A stretch of DNA of 64,000 bases from Gemmatimonadales bacterium (GCA_965249575.1 OZ252244.1:3136001-3200000); one strand, 5' to 3'. Positions 9,209-19,190 are shown, numbered from the stretch's first letter. The notes: generated by a model not told the origin, from the letters alone. Translations and numbers: made by a program.

Positions 9209-9958
9209 ATGGCCCATCGTCGCACGCTCACCCTTCAGCTGCCGCCGACCGGGCGCTCATTCGTTAGGCCTGTGGTCGGCTCCCTCGTCCTGCACGTCGT
9301 GGGGGTTGGCGTCATGGTATGGTTCGGCCTGGGTCCGTTTGCGAGGACGGCCAGCGAGGACGGCCGGACTCGTTTTGGCGTGGGAGGTGGTGGCGGCGGT
9401 GGCGCGTCCGTTGTTCAGGTCGACCTCTCCCAGTTTCTCCGTTCCGACGCTGCCACGGACCTGCCGCGGCGGAACGAGCGCCGTGACCCCACGTTCGTTA
9501 AACCGGTCGTGGTCACGTTGGTGCCGAAACGGGTCGAGAACCCGGTCGACTACGGGCGGCGGATCGTGCCGACCGATCTGTTGATCGCCGGGCTCCGCGG
9601 GGGGCTCAGCGCGGGAACGGGTCGTGGCGGGGGATCGGGATCCGGTGCCGGGGGGGGCGGCGGCCGGGACGAGGGCGCGGGGCGCGCCGATCCGGATCTA
9701 GTTTTGCCGCCAAAGGCCCGCTATTCAATCCTCCCCCCGCTTCCACAACCCTCCTCAGTTCGAGGCCAATCGTTTCGCGTGCTGTTCCGTGTCGACGCCG
9801 CTGGTGACGTGGTCGGTGTCGAAGTCGATCCGGAGATCCCGGACGACTCCTACCGACGCCGATTCGTAGCGCTCATGTACGAGTATGCCTTCGAACCAGC
9901 GCAACGGCCTGATGGAACCGCTGTCGACGGAGTAACCGTCATAACCATTACGCTGTAA
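9209..9958 (+). CDS. TonB-like protein with Gly-rich linker
   Basis: SLVLH TM anchor, poly-Gly tracts, C-terminal VLFRVDAAG...FEPAQRPDGTAV TonB_C-like fold. Confidence 0.7.
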   Translation: MAHRRTLTLQLPPTGRSFVRPVVGSLVLHVVGVGVMVWFGLGPFARTASEDGRTRFGVGGGGGGGASVVQVDLSQFLRSDAATDLPRRNERRDPTFVKPVVVTLVPKRVENPVDYGRRIVPTDLLIAGLRGGLSAGTGRGGGSGSGAGGGGGRDEGAGRADPDLVLPPKARYSILPPLPQPSSVRGQSFRVLFRVDAAGDVVGVEVDPEIPDDSYRRRFVALMYEYAFEPAQRPDGTAVDGVTVITITL

Positions 9959-10042
9959 CCACTGCCGGCTCGGTACACGCCCTACCACGAGGGCTCGCTC
10001 TCGAACCGATGGTCGCTGGGTCATCCATAAGGAGGAGGCTCG

Positions 10043-11593
10043 ATGCGTCAGCTCTTTGCCCGGAAGTCCGTCTCGGTGTTGGCGGGTGAGGCCGCCTCCG
10101 GCGCCCACGGACTCAAGCGAGTACTGGGCAAGTGGGATCTGACCGCCCTCGGCGTCGGGGCGATAATCGGGGCAGGGATCTTTGCCACGACCGGGACCGC
10201 GATCGTCGGGGAAACGTCGATCACCGGCGACGTGGTGCGTCTCGGCGCCGGACCGGCCATTATCCTCTCGTTCGTTCTCACCGGGGTCGCCTGCGGCTTT
10301 GCGGCCCTCTGCTACGCGGAGTTCGCGGCCATGGTGCCGATATCCGGCTCCGCCTACACCTACGCGTACGCGTCGCTGGGCGAGCTCGTCGCGTGGATCA
10401 TCGGGTGGGACCTCATCATCGAGTACGCCGTCGGGAACGTCGCGGTTGCGATTTCGTGGGCCGGCCACCTGCGGGCGCTCGTCGCCCAGTTCGGGTTGGA
10501 GATCCCGGCGTGGATCAGCACCGATTACCGGTCAGCGCTCCAGGCCACGGCGGCCGTTAGGGACGGCGCCATCGATTTTGGGACCGTCTACCTCGCGACA
10601 GCGCTCACGGAGGCGCCGAGGGTGCTCGGCGTGCCGATCATCTTCAACCTTCCCGCGGTCGTGATCATCGTCGCCCTCACCGCCCTCCTCGTCTACGGCA
10701 TCCGGGAGTCGGCAAGAGCGAACTCGATCATGGTCGTGGTCAAGGTCGGCATCGTCCTGTTCTTCGTCGCCGTTGGAGCGTTCTTCCTGAAACCGGACAA
10801 CCTGACCGCACACGGCGGTTTCGCGCCGAACGGGTTCAAGGGCATCAGCGCGGGCGCGGCCATCATCTTTTTCAGTTATATCGGCTTTGACGCGGTATCG
10901 ACCGCGGCCGAAGAGACCAAGGATCCCAAGAGAGACATGCCGTTTGGCATTATCATGAGTCTCGTAGTCTGCACCACGATCTATATCCTCGTCGCCCTCA
11001 TCATGACGGGAATGGCCCCGTGGCCGCGGCTCGGTACCGCGGAGCCGATGCTCACCGCGTTGAGCTTGGCCCAAGGCAACGAATCGCTGCTTGGTTTTGC
11101 GAGGTTCGTGGTGGCGCTCGGCGCGGTCATCGCTATGACGACGGTCTTACTCGTGTTTCAGATGGGTCAGCCTCGAATCTTCTTCTCGATGGCACGGGAT
11201 GGACTCCTCCCGAGCTGGGCGGCGAAGGTTCATCCGAAATTCAAGACACCGTATGTCACGACGATCATCACCGGGGTAGTCGTTGCGTCATTCGCTGCGT
11301 TCGCGAACATCGAGGAGGTTGTGGACCTCACGAACATCGGCACGCTGTTCGCGTTCGTGCTCGTCTCGCTCGGCGTGTTGGTGCTGCGATATTCGGAGCC
11401 CGACCGGGAACGCCCGTTTCGCGTACCCCTGTCGCCTTTCGTGCCTCTCGCCGCGATAGTGGCGTGCACGTTTCTGATGACCCGCCTGCCGACGGTGACT
11501 TGGATCCGGTTCGGGATCTGGCTGGCAATTGGAATCGTCATCTATTTCCTCTACGGCTACCGAAAGAGCCGGCTCCGAGGCACGGCGTCGTAA
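10043..11593 (+). CDS. APC-family amino acid permease (cationic amino acid transporter-like)
   Basis: GVGAIIGAGIF, CYAEFAAMVPISGSAYTY, FSYIGFD, EETKDPKRD. Confidence 0.93.
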   Translation: MRQLFARKSVSVLAGEAASGAHGLKRVLGKWDLTALGVGAIIGAGIFATTGTAIVGETSITGDVVRLGAGPAIILSFVLTGVACGFAALCYAEFAAMVPISGSAYTYAYASLGELVAWIIGWDLIIEYAVGNVAVAISWAGHLRALVAQFGLEIPAWISTDYRSALQATAAVRDGAIDFGTVYLATALTEAPRVLGVPIIFNLPAVVIIVALTALLVYGIRESARANSIMVVVKVGIVLFFVAVGAFFLKPDNLTAHGGFAPNGFKGISAGAAIIFFSYIGFDAVSTAAEETKDPKRDMPFGIIMSLVVCTTIYILVALIMTGMAPWPRLGTAEPMLTALSLAQGNESLLGFARFVVALGAVIAMTTVLLVFQMGQPRIFFSMARDGLLPSWAAKVHPKFKTPYVTTIITGVVVASFAAFANIEEVVDLTNIGTLFAFVLVSLGVLVLRYSEPDRERPFRVPLSPFVPLAAIVACTFLMTRLPTVTWIRFGIWLAIGIVIYFLYGYRKSRLRGTAS

Positions 11594-11620
11594 CGCAGCG
11601 GTTGGCCGGCACCCGCGCTG

Positions 11621-12526
11621 CTATAGGAGGCCCTGGGCTACCCGAAGGGCTCCGATCACTGGGTCGACGGGACCCTCTACGATGATGGCCTCGGGGAGCC
11701 GCTCCTCCACGAGGGCCGCAAGTTCCTCGCGGACAGGCGACCCCGCACTCAACAAACCGCCCGAGAGCGCCACTCTGGGGGAGGCCGCTTCGCTGAAGTG
11801 CTTTGACAGCGCGGTCACATGGGCGAGGAGGTCACCGGCCGCCATCCGAACGATGTTCCTGGCGACCGTATCGCTTGCCCGTGCTGCCGCGCTCACGGCC
11901 CGCGCCAATCCCGCGATCGCCTGGCGGTCCGCCTCGCCGATCCACTGAAGGAGAGAGTGCACGTCGCTGCATTCGACCATCGCTGAGATTCCGTCCGTGA
12001 GGGCGGTGGACTCGCCACGGCCATCCGCCGCACGGAAGACGGCCCGCAGGGCCATCTGGCCAACGGCGTACCCGCTACCCTCGTCGCCGAGCCGCCATCC
12101 GAGGCCGCCGGCGCGAACCACGTGGCCTCCCGGATCCCGCGCGAAGGCGACCGACCCCGTTCCCGCGATGAGGACGATGCCCTCGCCCTCCGGGAACGCA
12201 CTCTCAAGAGCGATATGTGCATCCGTCGTCACCAACAGCGTCGCCGCCAGTGACTGGGCGGCCAGCTCACCTTGGAGCACCGCCCGTGCCGTTTCGTCGC
12301 CAGCACCCGCGGCCCCCACCGCGAGGGCGTCCACGGGCGGGTCTTTTTCTGCGGTGTTCAGCGTGGACCGGATTGTCGCGCTTATTGCGAGGGCGGCTGA
12401 CCGTGTCTCGTGGCGGCGAATGGAACCTCGAGGTCCCGAGTGTCTGGCCAACGGCTCCAGGTCGGGGCCCGAGACGGCGACCTCCGTGTGCGAGCCGCCG
12501 GCGTCGACGCCGGCCAGGACGGTCAC
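11621..12526 (-). CDS. BadF/BadG/BcrA/BcrD-type GlcNAc/MurNAc kinase (MurK-like)
   Basis: GVDAGGSHT, TTDAHIAL, IAGTGS, RAGGLGWRLGDEGSG. Confidence 0.88.
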   Translation of the reverse strand: MTVLAGVDAGGSHTEVAVSGPDLEPLARHSGPRGSIRRHETRSAALAISATIRSTLNTAEKDPPVDALAVGAAGAGDETARAVLQGELAAQSLAATLLVTTDAHIALESAFPEGEGIVLIAGTGSVAFARDPGGHVVRAGGLGWRLGDEGSGYAVGQMALRAVFRAADGRGESTALTDGISAMVECSDVHSLLQWIGEADRQAIAGLARAVSAAARASDTVARNIVRMAAGDLLAHVTALSKHFSEAASPRVALSGGLLSAGSPVREELAALVEERLPEAIIVEGPVDPVIGALRVAQGLL

Positions 12527-13959
12527 GTGTGGCCCGTGGCGCGTCGGAGGAGTGCGGACCCGTGCCCGACGGCGGTTGTGATGAGCGTTCCGAGCGGCAC
12601 GTACCAGGGCCAGGCCAACGACGCGAAGGGACCGGGTTTTCCTAGAACGACTACGCCCATCGCGATGGTTGCCACGGCGAGGGCCGTAATCGCGTCACGC
12701 TCGCGGAGGGTCGCGCTGGTGCCTCCCAGGATGTACGTGCCGAGCAAGGCGCCGTAGGCGATCGAGGCGACCGACAGCGCGAGCTCGACGACCGGCTGGC
12801 CGGTGGTTCGAAAGGCGAGTGCGCCGCCGACCAAGACCATGGCCCACAGGACGGTCGACCACCTCCCAACCCAAAGGAGGTGCCGGGGATCGCGGCGTCC
12901 CGTCAGGGGCGCATAGAAATCGTGCGTGGTCGCGGAGGCCAGCGAGTTGAGCGATGAGCTGACAGTGCTCATCGCCGCGGCGAGGATACCTGCGATCACC
13001 AGCCCCGACAGTCCCTGCGGCAGGTGGTCGACGATGAAATATGGGTAGATCTGATCGCTCGAGAGTCCGGGGGCATCAGCCCCCGCAGCCCACAGGAACG
13101 TGCCTACCAACAGAAAGACGGCGAACTGCACGAATACCAAGAGGCCTGATCCGATCAGAGCCCGCCGAGCTCCGCGCAGGTCGCGAGTGGCCAGCAGGCG
13201 CTGAACGATGAGGTGGTCCGTTCCGTGAGAGGCGGCCGAAAGCAATGCGCCTCCGATCAGGCCTCCCAACAGCGTATAGGGGGCGCGGAACGATAGGGTG
13301 AAATCGACCGCATGGAGCTTTCCATCGCTCGCGGCACGTGCCAGCGCGGTGTCGAAACCGGATGCCAGGTCCGCGGCGATGGTGATGGTCGCGATGCCGG
13401 CCACAACGTAGATCCCCAGCTGAATCACATCGACCCAGACGACCGCTTTGAGCCCGCCGGTCCAGGTGTAGACGACCGTCACGACCGCCAGTGCCAGAAC
13501 GCTGGCCGGGATGGACCAGCCAGTAACGATCGCGAGGGGGATCGCAGTGGCGAACACCCGCACGCTGTCTCCTAAGGCCCGAACCGTCATGAACACCGCC
13601 GAGGCGGCCCGCCGTGTGCGGTGACCAAACCGGGACTCGAGCCGCTGGTAGGCCGTTTCCTGATCGCCTCGGAAGTAGCCCGGCAACAGCCACGCCGCGA
13701 CCGCGAGGCGGCCCAGGATGTATCCGAGCGGGAGTTGCAGGAACGTTAGGTTACCTCGGGCGGCGATACCGGGTATCGAGATAACCGTGAGGGCGGATGT
13801 CTCGGTCGCGACGATCGAAAGCATGATCGCCCACCAGGGCAGGCCGCGTGCCCCGAGGAAGTAGTCGGTTGCGTCCCGTTGCTGGCGACCGAAGTATGCT
13901 CCGATTCCGAGCACGAGCGCGACGTAGGTCGCCATGACCGCGACGTCGACTGCGTTCAC
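12523..13959 (-). CDS. Sodium:solute symporter (SSS; sialic-acid/sugar type)
   Basis: DYFLGARGLPWW, SIVATETS, GGLKAVVWVD, GTDHLIVQRLL, AAAMSTVSSSLNS. Confidence 0.92.
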   Translation of the reverse strand: MNAVDVAVMATYVALVLGIGAYFGRQQRDATDYFLGARGLPWWAIMLSIVATETSALTVISIPGIAARGNLTFLQLPLGYILGRLAVAAWLLPGYFRGDQETAYQRLESRFGHRTRRAASAVFMTVRALGDSVRVFATAIPLAIVTGWSIPASVLALAVVTVVYTWTGGLKAVVWVDVIQLGIYVVAGIATITIAADLASGFDTALARAASDGKLHAVDFTLSFRAPYTLLGGLIGGALLSAASHGTDHLIVQRLLATRDLRGARRALIGSGLLVFVQFAVFLLVGTFLWAAGADAPGLSSDQIYPYFIVDHLPQGLSGLVIAGILAAAMSTVSSSLNSLASATTHDFYAPLTGRRDPRHLLWVGRWSTVLWAMVLVGGALAFRTTGQPVVELALSVASIAYGALLGTYILGGTSATLRERDAITALAVATIAMGVVVLGKPGPFASLAWPWYVPLGTLITTAVGHGSALLRRATGHT

Positions 13960-14034
13960 CTCGCCTCGCTGGCAAGAAGAAGGGCCTGCAAATACCGGCA
14001 GGCCCGTGATGTGTCGCTGACTAGTGGCTGCCTG

Positions 14035-14397
14035 CTACGCGGTGAAGGAACTCCCGCACCCGCATCCACCCGATGCGTTGGGGTTGCTGAACGTGAAGCC
14101 GGCACCCTGGAATGACGATGTGTAGTCGACGGTAGTGCCGTTCAAGTATTGAGCGCTGAATGCGTCGACAAACACCCGGATGCCTTTAATCTCCATCACG
14201 ATGTCGTCGTCGAATGGTCGCTCCTCGATGTTGAGACCATACTTGAACCCGGAGCAACCGCCGGGCAGCACGGCGACTCGCAGTCCGGCCGTCTCCTCGG
14301 GGACCTGCTCCTGCTCCATGAACTTCCGTACCTGCTCCGAGGCATGCTCGGTAATGGTCAAATCGACGGTCACGTCGGGTTGCTGCGTAGTTGACAT
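14035..14397 (-). CDS. A-type Fe-S carrier (HesB/IscA/ErpA family)
   Basis: GGCSGFKY and NPNASGGCGCGSSF motifs; AGGAGG RBS. Confidence 0.95.
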   Translation of the reverse strand: MSTTQQPDVTVDLTITEHASEQVRKFMEQEQVPEETAGLRVAVLPGGCSGFKYGLNIEERPFDDDIVMEIKGIRVFVDAFSAQYLNGTTVDYTSSFQGAGFTFSNPNASGGCGCGSSFTA

Positions 14398-14422
14398 GGT
14401 ACCTCCTTCTTCCCTTGTGAAC

Positions 14423-16207
14423 CTAGGCCGTCCGGGTATCAGTGTCAACGCGGCCGTCGGCCAGCGAGGGATCCGCCCGAAGGTTGCGTGCGATCAGCAG
14501 GAACGCCGCCGCGCCGACCGTTGCGGAGGCCGCTGCCCCTATCGGACTGCCCAGTAACAGCTGGCCCACTGCAAACAGCGTTCCGTAAATCGCCACACAG
14601 CCGGCGACCCAATTCATTATCGACAGCACCCCGCCGGGAATGGAGTCGCCGGCAAAGCCCAGGCGCTTCGCGACCGGTTTCCACCCCGGACCCCCGGGCC
14701 GCACTCGTCGATAGAAGGCGTCCAACGTCTCCGGGTCTACCGCCGGCGTGAGCCATGTGACCGTGAGCCACACGACCGTGGTGATCGAGACGGTCCAGAG
14801 CATGATCGAGGCGTATCCCCGTCCGGTGGGGTCGGCCGCGTCCAGTCCCAAGCCATACTGAATGGTCACCGATGTTATGAAAGACGCGACCATCGCGCTC
14901 AGTTCCGACCAAGCGTTGACCCGCCACCAATACCACCGGAGAATGAGCACCATTCCCGTACCCGCCCCAACGGCGAGGAGCAGCTTCCAACCAGCCTCGA
15001 CGGATCCCAAAAATCCCATGGTGACCAGCGCGAACGCCATGAGCACGAGCGTTGCCGACCGGCTCACGACGACCTGCTCGCGATCGCCGGCGCGCCGTCG
15101 GATGAAGCGGAGGTACACGTCGTTGACGAGGTACGATGCGCCCCAGTTCAGATGGGTGCTGATCGTGCTCATGTACGCCGCGGCGAACGCCGCAAGCAAG
15201 AGTCCGCGTAGCGGCGAGGGCAAGAGGTCCACCATGACTCGGACGTAGCCCTCTTCGGGGTTCTGCAGGTCCGGGTAGCGGATGACGCTGACGAAGGCCA
15301 CCAAGATCCATGGCCAAGGGCGAATGGCATAGTGTGCCACGTTGAACCAGAGGGTTGCGAGCAGGCTGTGCCTCTCGTTCTTGGTGGAAAACATTCGTTG
15401 GGCGATATATCCACCCCCCCCAGGCTCCGCGCCGGGATACCAGGCAGCCCACCATTGAACTGCGAGAAACACGAGCAGCGTAGAAAGCGGTAACCAGGCC
15501 GCATCGACCGGGGGCAGAACGGCGAAGGCGGCATCAACGCTGCCGAAATGCTCCGCAGCCTGAGCGCTCAGCCCGTCGAGTCCACCGACCGACCGCACCG
15601 CGACAATGGCCAGCGCGATGGAGCCGATCATCGCGACGGTGAATTGCAGCAGGTCCGCGAGCACGACCCCCCAGAGTCCCGACAGCATGGCGTACGCCGC
15701 GGTTATAGCGAGCAGGATGATTGCGGCTGTCCACCCGGCAATCCCGAGCGTGACCTCGAGGACCGTTACCATGGCCCGGGTTACCCACCCCATGATGATC
15801 AGGTTGATGGGAAGAGCGAGGTAGAGGGCGCGCGCCCCCCGCAGGAAGGCAGCTGGTTTGCCGGAGTATCGCAGCTCGGTCAGCTCGACGTCGGTAGTGA
15901 CGCCGGCCCGGCGCCAGAGGCGAGAGAAGAGGAAGACGGTCAGGAGACCGCTGAGCGCCATATTCCACCAGAGCCAGTTCCCCGCGACTCCATGCCGCGC
16001 GACCATGCCCGTCACCGCCAGGGGCGTATCCACGGCGAAGGTCGTCGCCACCATTGACGTTCCGGCGAGCCACCAGGGCAGTGATCGCCCGGAGAGAAAG
16101 AAGTCAGCGAGGGACCGGCGTGCTCGCCCGGCAAGGGCGACGACGATCGCCGTCGACGCCACGAAGTAGGCGATGACGAACGCCCAGTCGAGTGCCTCGA
16201 GCCTCAC
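14423..16207 (-). CDS. Sodium:solute symporter (SSS)
   Basis: FFLSGRSLPWWLAGTSMVATTF, GGGGYIAQRM, AAYMSTISTHLNWGASY. Confidence 0.92.
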   Translation of the reverse strand: MRLEALDWAFVIAYFVASTAIVVALAGRARRSLADFFLSGRSLPWWLAGTSMVATTFAVDTPLAVTGMVARHGVAGNWLWWNMALSGLLTVFLFSRLWRRAGVTTDVELTELRYSGKPAAFLRGARALYLALPINLIIMGWVTRAMVTVLEVTLGIAGWTAAIILLAITAAYAMLSGLWGVVLADLLQFTVAMIGSIALAIVAVRSVGGLDGLSAQAAEHFGSVDAAFAVLPPVDAAWLPLSTLLVFLAVQWWAAWYPGAEPGGGGYIAQRMFSTKNERHSLLATLWFNVAHYAIRPWPWILVAFVSVIRYPDLQNPEEGYVRVMVDLLPSPLRGLLLAAFAAAYMSTISTHLNWGASYLVNDVYLRFIRRRAGDREQVVVSRSATLVLMAFALVTMGFLGSVEAGWKLLLAVGAGTGMVLILRWYWWRVNAWSELSAMVASFITSVTIQYGLGLDAADPTGRGYASIMLWTVSITTVVWLTVTWLTPAVDPETLDAFYRRVRPGGPGWKPVAKRLGFAGDSIPGGVLSIMNWVAGCVAIYGTLFAVGQLLLGSPIGAAASATVGAAAFLLIARNLRADPSLADGRVDTDTRTA

Positions 16208-16244
16208 CCGCTCTCCCCGCTTGGTCCGGTGCGCCGTGCACTCA

Positions 16245-17972
16245 TTAGGGCTGGATCTCGATGCCCGCTCCGCGCGGGAGCGCGGGGGACAGGGTGATCG
16301 GGAGCCGCCCTGTCACCGGGGCATTGGACCCCAGCGCGCGCGCGACCGCCCGTTCTGTCGCTGGCGCATCGCTCCACGCGAGCAGGTACGCGCCCTGAAA
16401 GCCGGGAAGTTGCGTGAGTAAATACGGGCTGCCGAAGGAGGCTAAAACCGTCGTCTTGGAACTCGCCGTCGCTAAAATCAGGTCGGCGAGCTGATCGGGT
16501 AGCGCGACATGGCCGCGCCACGCTATCGGCCGGACGCTTGGCGCGAAGACGACACGCGGATGCCGTCGTATGACCGCCCGCGCCGAATCGTACGATGCGG
16601 CGCCCGACGCTGGGAAGAGCCGAAACGGGGTCACCGTCTCGCCCAACGCCAACAACTCGTCACGGAGGACGTTCCCTATTTCCAGGTTGGTTTCCTCGGC
16701 ATAGGTGATGAGGGCTGACCGGCCTCGTGCACTGCGAAACGCGTCCAGTTGGCCGCGTTGGACGAGCGTCAACGCGCGCTGGGCGATGGCGTCGGCCACC
16801 TGGCGGAACTCGGGCTTCCCGACGACCGCCGGAATGCTGTCGAGCACGACCGTGCGCCGTTCGAAAAGGCCCGCTCCTCGCTTCAATTCGAGGATCCGGC
16901 GGACCGATCGGTCCAGGCGGTTGCCCGAGATGCGTCCACTGGATACCGCGCGGATCATTGCACGGTGAGCCTCGAAGGGATCGGCGGGAATGAGGAGGAG
17001 GTCGCTGCCGGCGAGGAAGGCGCGTACTGCGCTCTCGCCCACCCCGTACGCGTTCACGATGGCCCCCATCATGAGGGCGTCGGTTACGACGAGACCCTCA
17101 AAACCGAGTGAATCTCGCAGCATCCCGCGCATGATTGTCGCGGAGAGTGTTGCCGGAAGCGAATCGCCTTGCGCGCAGGTCAGTACCACATGGGCGGTCA
17201 TCGTCGCCGTGACCCTCGCCTCCACGGCCGCCCGGAACGGAATCAGCTCCAGGGTGTCGAGCCGGGTCCAGCATGACCTGATGACCGGCAGGTCGATATG
17301 CGAGTCTGTCCCGGTGTCCCCATGACCGGGGAAATGCTTCGCCGTCGTGTATAGCCCATGCTCGCGCGCGCCGCGGATGTACGCCGCGATCAAACGTCCC
17401 ACGTCGGTCGGATTTTCGCCGAACGAGCGGGTGTTGATGATCGGGTTCGATGGATTGTTGTTCACATCCGCCACTGGGGAGAACGTCATGTGAATCCCGA
17501 CGGTGCGGGCCTCAACCGCGGTGACGCGGCCCATCGCGTACGCGTCCGCCTCCCGGCCGGTGGCTCCCACGGCCATCGCCATCGGAAACGCCGTCGCGCC
17601 GGTGAGCCGCATCCCGGCCCCCCACTCCAGGTCCGCCGCGACGAGGAGCGGAAGGCGGGAGCGCCGCTGAAGTGCGTTGAGCTTTGCCGCGACGTCTAGC
17701 GGGGAGCCGACCGAAATGATGATCCCGCCGACATGCAGTGAGTCCACGGCGAACCGCGTCGGCCCGAGCTCGCTGGCGCCCGCCGGCGCGTAGGCGCCAG
17801 CGAGCCAGGGCATGATCAGCTGGCCCACCTTCTCTTCAACGGTTAGCGTCTCGAGCAGGGAGTCGACCGTTATGTTTCTCGCCGGCGCCGGTACCTGGGT
17901 ACCACGTGCGCAGGCCGGGAGACTGCTCAGGGACAAGAGAAACCAGACGGAGACGAGCGATCGGGAGTGCAC
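16245..17972 (-). CDS. nagZ: GH3 beta-N-acetylglucosaminidase, lipoprotein (NagZ-like)
   Basis: KHFPGHGDTGTDSH, TDALMM nucleophile, PVADVNNNP; GTG start at 17972 with AGGA upstream and LPA-C lipobox. Confidence 0.88.
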   Translation of the reverse strand: MHSRSLVSVWFLLSLSSLPACARGTQVPAPARNITVDSLLETLTVEEKVGQLIMPWLAGAYAPAGASELGPTRFAVDSLHVGGIIISVGSPLDVAAKLNALQRRSRLPLLVAADLEWGAGMRLTGATAFPMAMAVGATGREADAYAMGRVTAVEARTVGIHMTFSPVADVNNNPSNPIINTRSFGENPTDVGRLIAAYIRGAREHGLYTTAKHFPGHGDTGTDSHIDLPVIRSCWTRLDTLELIPFRAAVEARVTATMTAHVVLTCAQGDSLPATLSATIMRGMLRDSLGFEGLVVTDALMMGAIVNAYGVGESAVRAFLAGSDLLLIPADPFEAHRAMIRAVSSGRISGNRLDRSVRRILELKRGAGLFERRTVVLDSIPAVVGKPEFRQVADAIAQRALTLVQRGQLDAFRSARGRSALITYAEETNLEIGNVLRDELLALGETVTPFRLFPASGAASYDSARAVIRRHPRVVFAPSVRPIAWRGHVALPDQLADLILATASSKTTVLASFGSPYLLTQLPGFQGAYLLAWSDAPATERAVARALGSNAPVTGRLPITLSPALPRGAGIEIQP

Positions 17973-19190
17973 GGATACCGTTCCTGCCAGACTGTGTGGA
18001 TGTTGGCCTGCGTGGCCTCCGTGGCTTGCTCGGCCCACGGCGCCCGACCGGACCCGGTCCGGCCCGGCATCGAGGTCCTGATCGATGACTCGCTTCACCT
18101 GGTGAGGGACGAACGGGTCGGGCTGCTCACCAATCAGACCGGCGTGGGGCGGAGCGGAGTGCGCGACATCGAGCTCCTCATTCGGGCTGGCGTGCGCCTC
18201 ACGACGATCATCACGCCGGAACATGGCCTTCGGGGAATCCTCGACCGGGAGAATATCGGGCATGGCGTGGATTCCGCTACCGGACTGCCTGTGTATAGTC
18301 TCTACGGGGATGTTCGCGCCCCTACCGCCGAGATGCTTGCGGAGGTCGACGTGCTGCTCATCGACCTCCAAGATATCGGCGGCCGGCCCTACACGTATAT
18401 CTCGTCGGCGCTTCTCGCGCTGGAGTCGGCGGAGCGACACGGTCGCAGGGTGATCGTTCTCGACCGACCGAATCCCATCGGGGGACTCCTGGTCCAGGGG
18501 CCGATGCTCGAGCCACGCTTCGCGTCGTTTGTAGGGATGCTCCAAGTGCCCCTGCGCCATGGGATGACCCTCGGAGAGCTTGCGTGGCTCGGGAACCAGG
18601 AGCGCGGTATTGGGGCAGATCTCGTCGTCATACCAGCAGGGGGCTGGCGTCGGGCGACGTGGTACGACGAGACCGGGCTGCCGTGGGTGCGCCCCTCGCC
18701 CAACATGCCGAGTGTGGAAAGCGCAACTCACTACCCGGGCGTCGTCCTCTTCGAGGCGACGAACCTCTCGGTAGGCCGTGGGACCCCGGTGGCATTTCAG
18801 GTGGTTGCCGCTCCCTGGCTGGATGCGAGGGCTCTGCGGGCAATGCTCGACGGTAGCGAGGGCGTTCGGGTAACGGATACGACAGTCACGCCGCTGTCAC
18901 CCAGCGACGGGAAGTATCCGGGCACGCCGTTACCGGCGATTCGCCTGACCGTAACCGAGCGCGGCCGCTACGATCCCACCCGACTTGCGCTTCGCGTTCT
19001 GAGTGCGATCATGAATTCACATGCCGACTCGCTCACCATCGACGCAAAAGGGTTCGACGCCCGGGCTGGTACCGAGTCCGTCAGGGCAGCCCTGACCCGG
19101 GGCGAGCCGTCGGAGGCGATTTGGCGCCGGTGGACGGACATGATCGCGGCATTTCGCGAACACCGGGAGCCATATCTGCTGTATCCCTGA
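17967..19190 (+). CDS. namZ: Exo-beta-N-acetylmuramidase NamZ (DUF1343/YbbC), probable lipoprotein
   Basis: RVGLLTNQTG, PEHG, DLQDIGGRPYTY, LDRPNP, RHGMTLGELA, WVRPSPNMP, SVGRGT; alternative start ATG 18000. Confidence 0.9.
   Translation: MHGYRSCQTVWMLACVASVACSAHGARPDPVRPGIEVLIDDSLHLVRDERVGLLTNQTGVGRSGVRDIELLIRAGVRLTTIITPEHGLRGILDRENIGHGVDSATGLPVYSLYGDVRAPTAEMLAEVDVLLIDLQDIGGRPYTYISSALLALESAERHGRRVIVLDRPNPIGGLLVQGPMLEPRFASFVGMLQVPLRHGMTLGELAWLGNQERGIGADLVVIPAGGWRRATWYDETGLPWVRPSPNMPSVESATHYPGVVLFEATNLSVGRGTPVAFQVVAAPWLDARALRAMLDGSEGVRVTDTTVTPLSPSDGKYPGTPLPAIRLTVTERGRYDPTRLALRVLSAIMNSHADSLTIDAKGFDARAGTESVRAALTRGEPSEAIWRRWTDMIAAFREHREPYLLYP

Noticed and set aside
9380..9680. GGC/GGT-rich repeats
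   Set aside because: These encode the poly-Gly linker of the TonB-like protein and are not a DNA repeat element
2277..14397. Selenocysteine recoding in the peroxiredoxin or HesB-like protein
   Set aside because: Active-site positions are ordinary Cys codons; the peroxiredoxin break is a frameshift, not an in-frame UGA
17973..18731. 253-aa N-terminal extension of the 828-aa GH3 ORF
   Set aside because: It is the antisense shadow of namZ; the lipoprotein signal and GH3 homology begin near 17972
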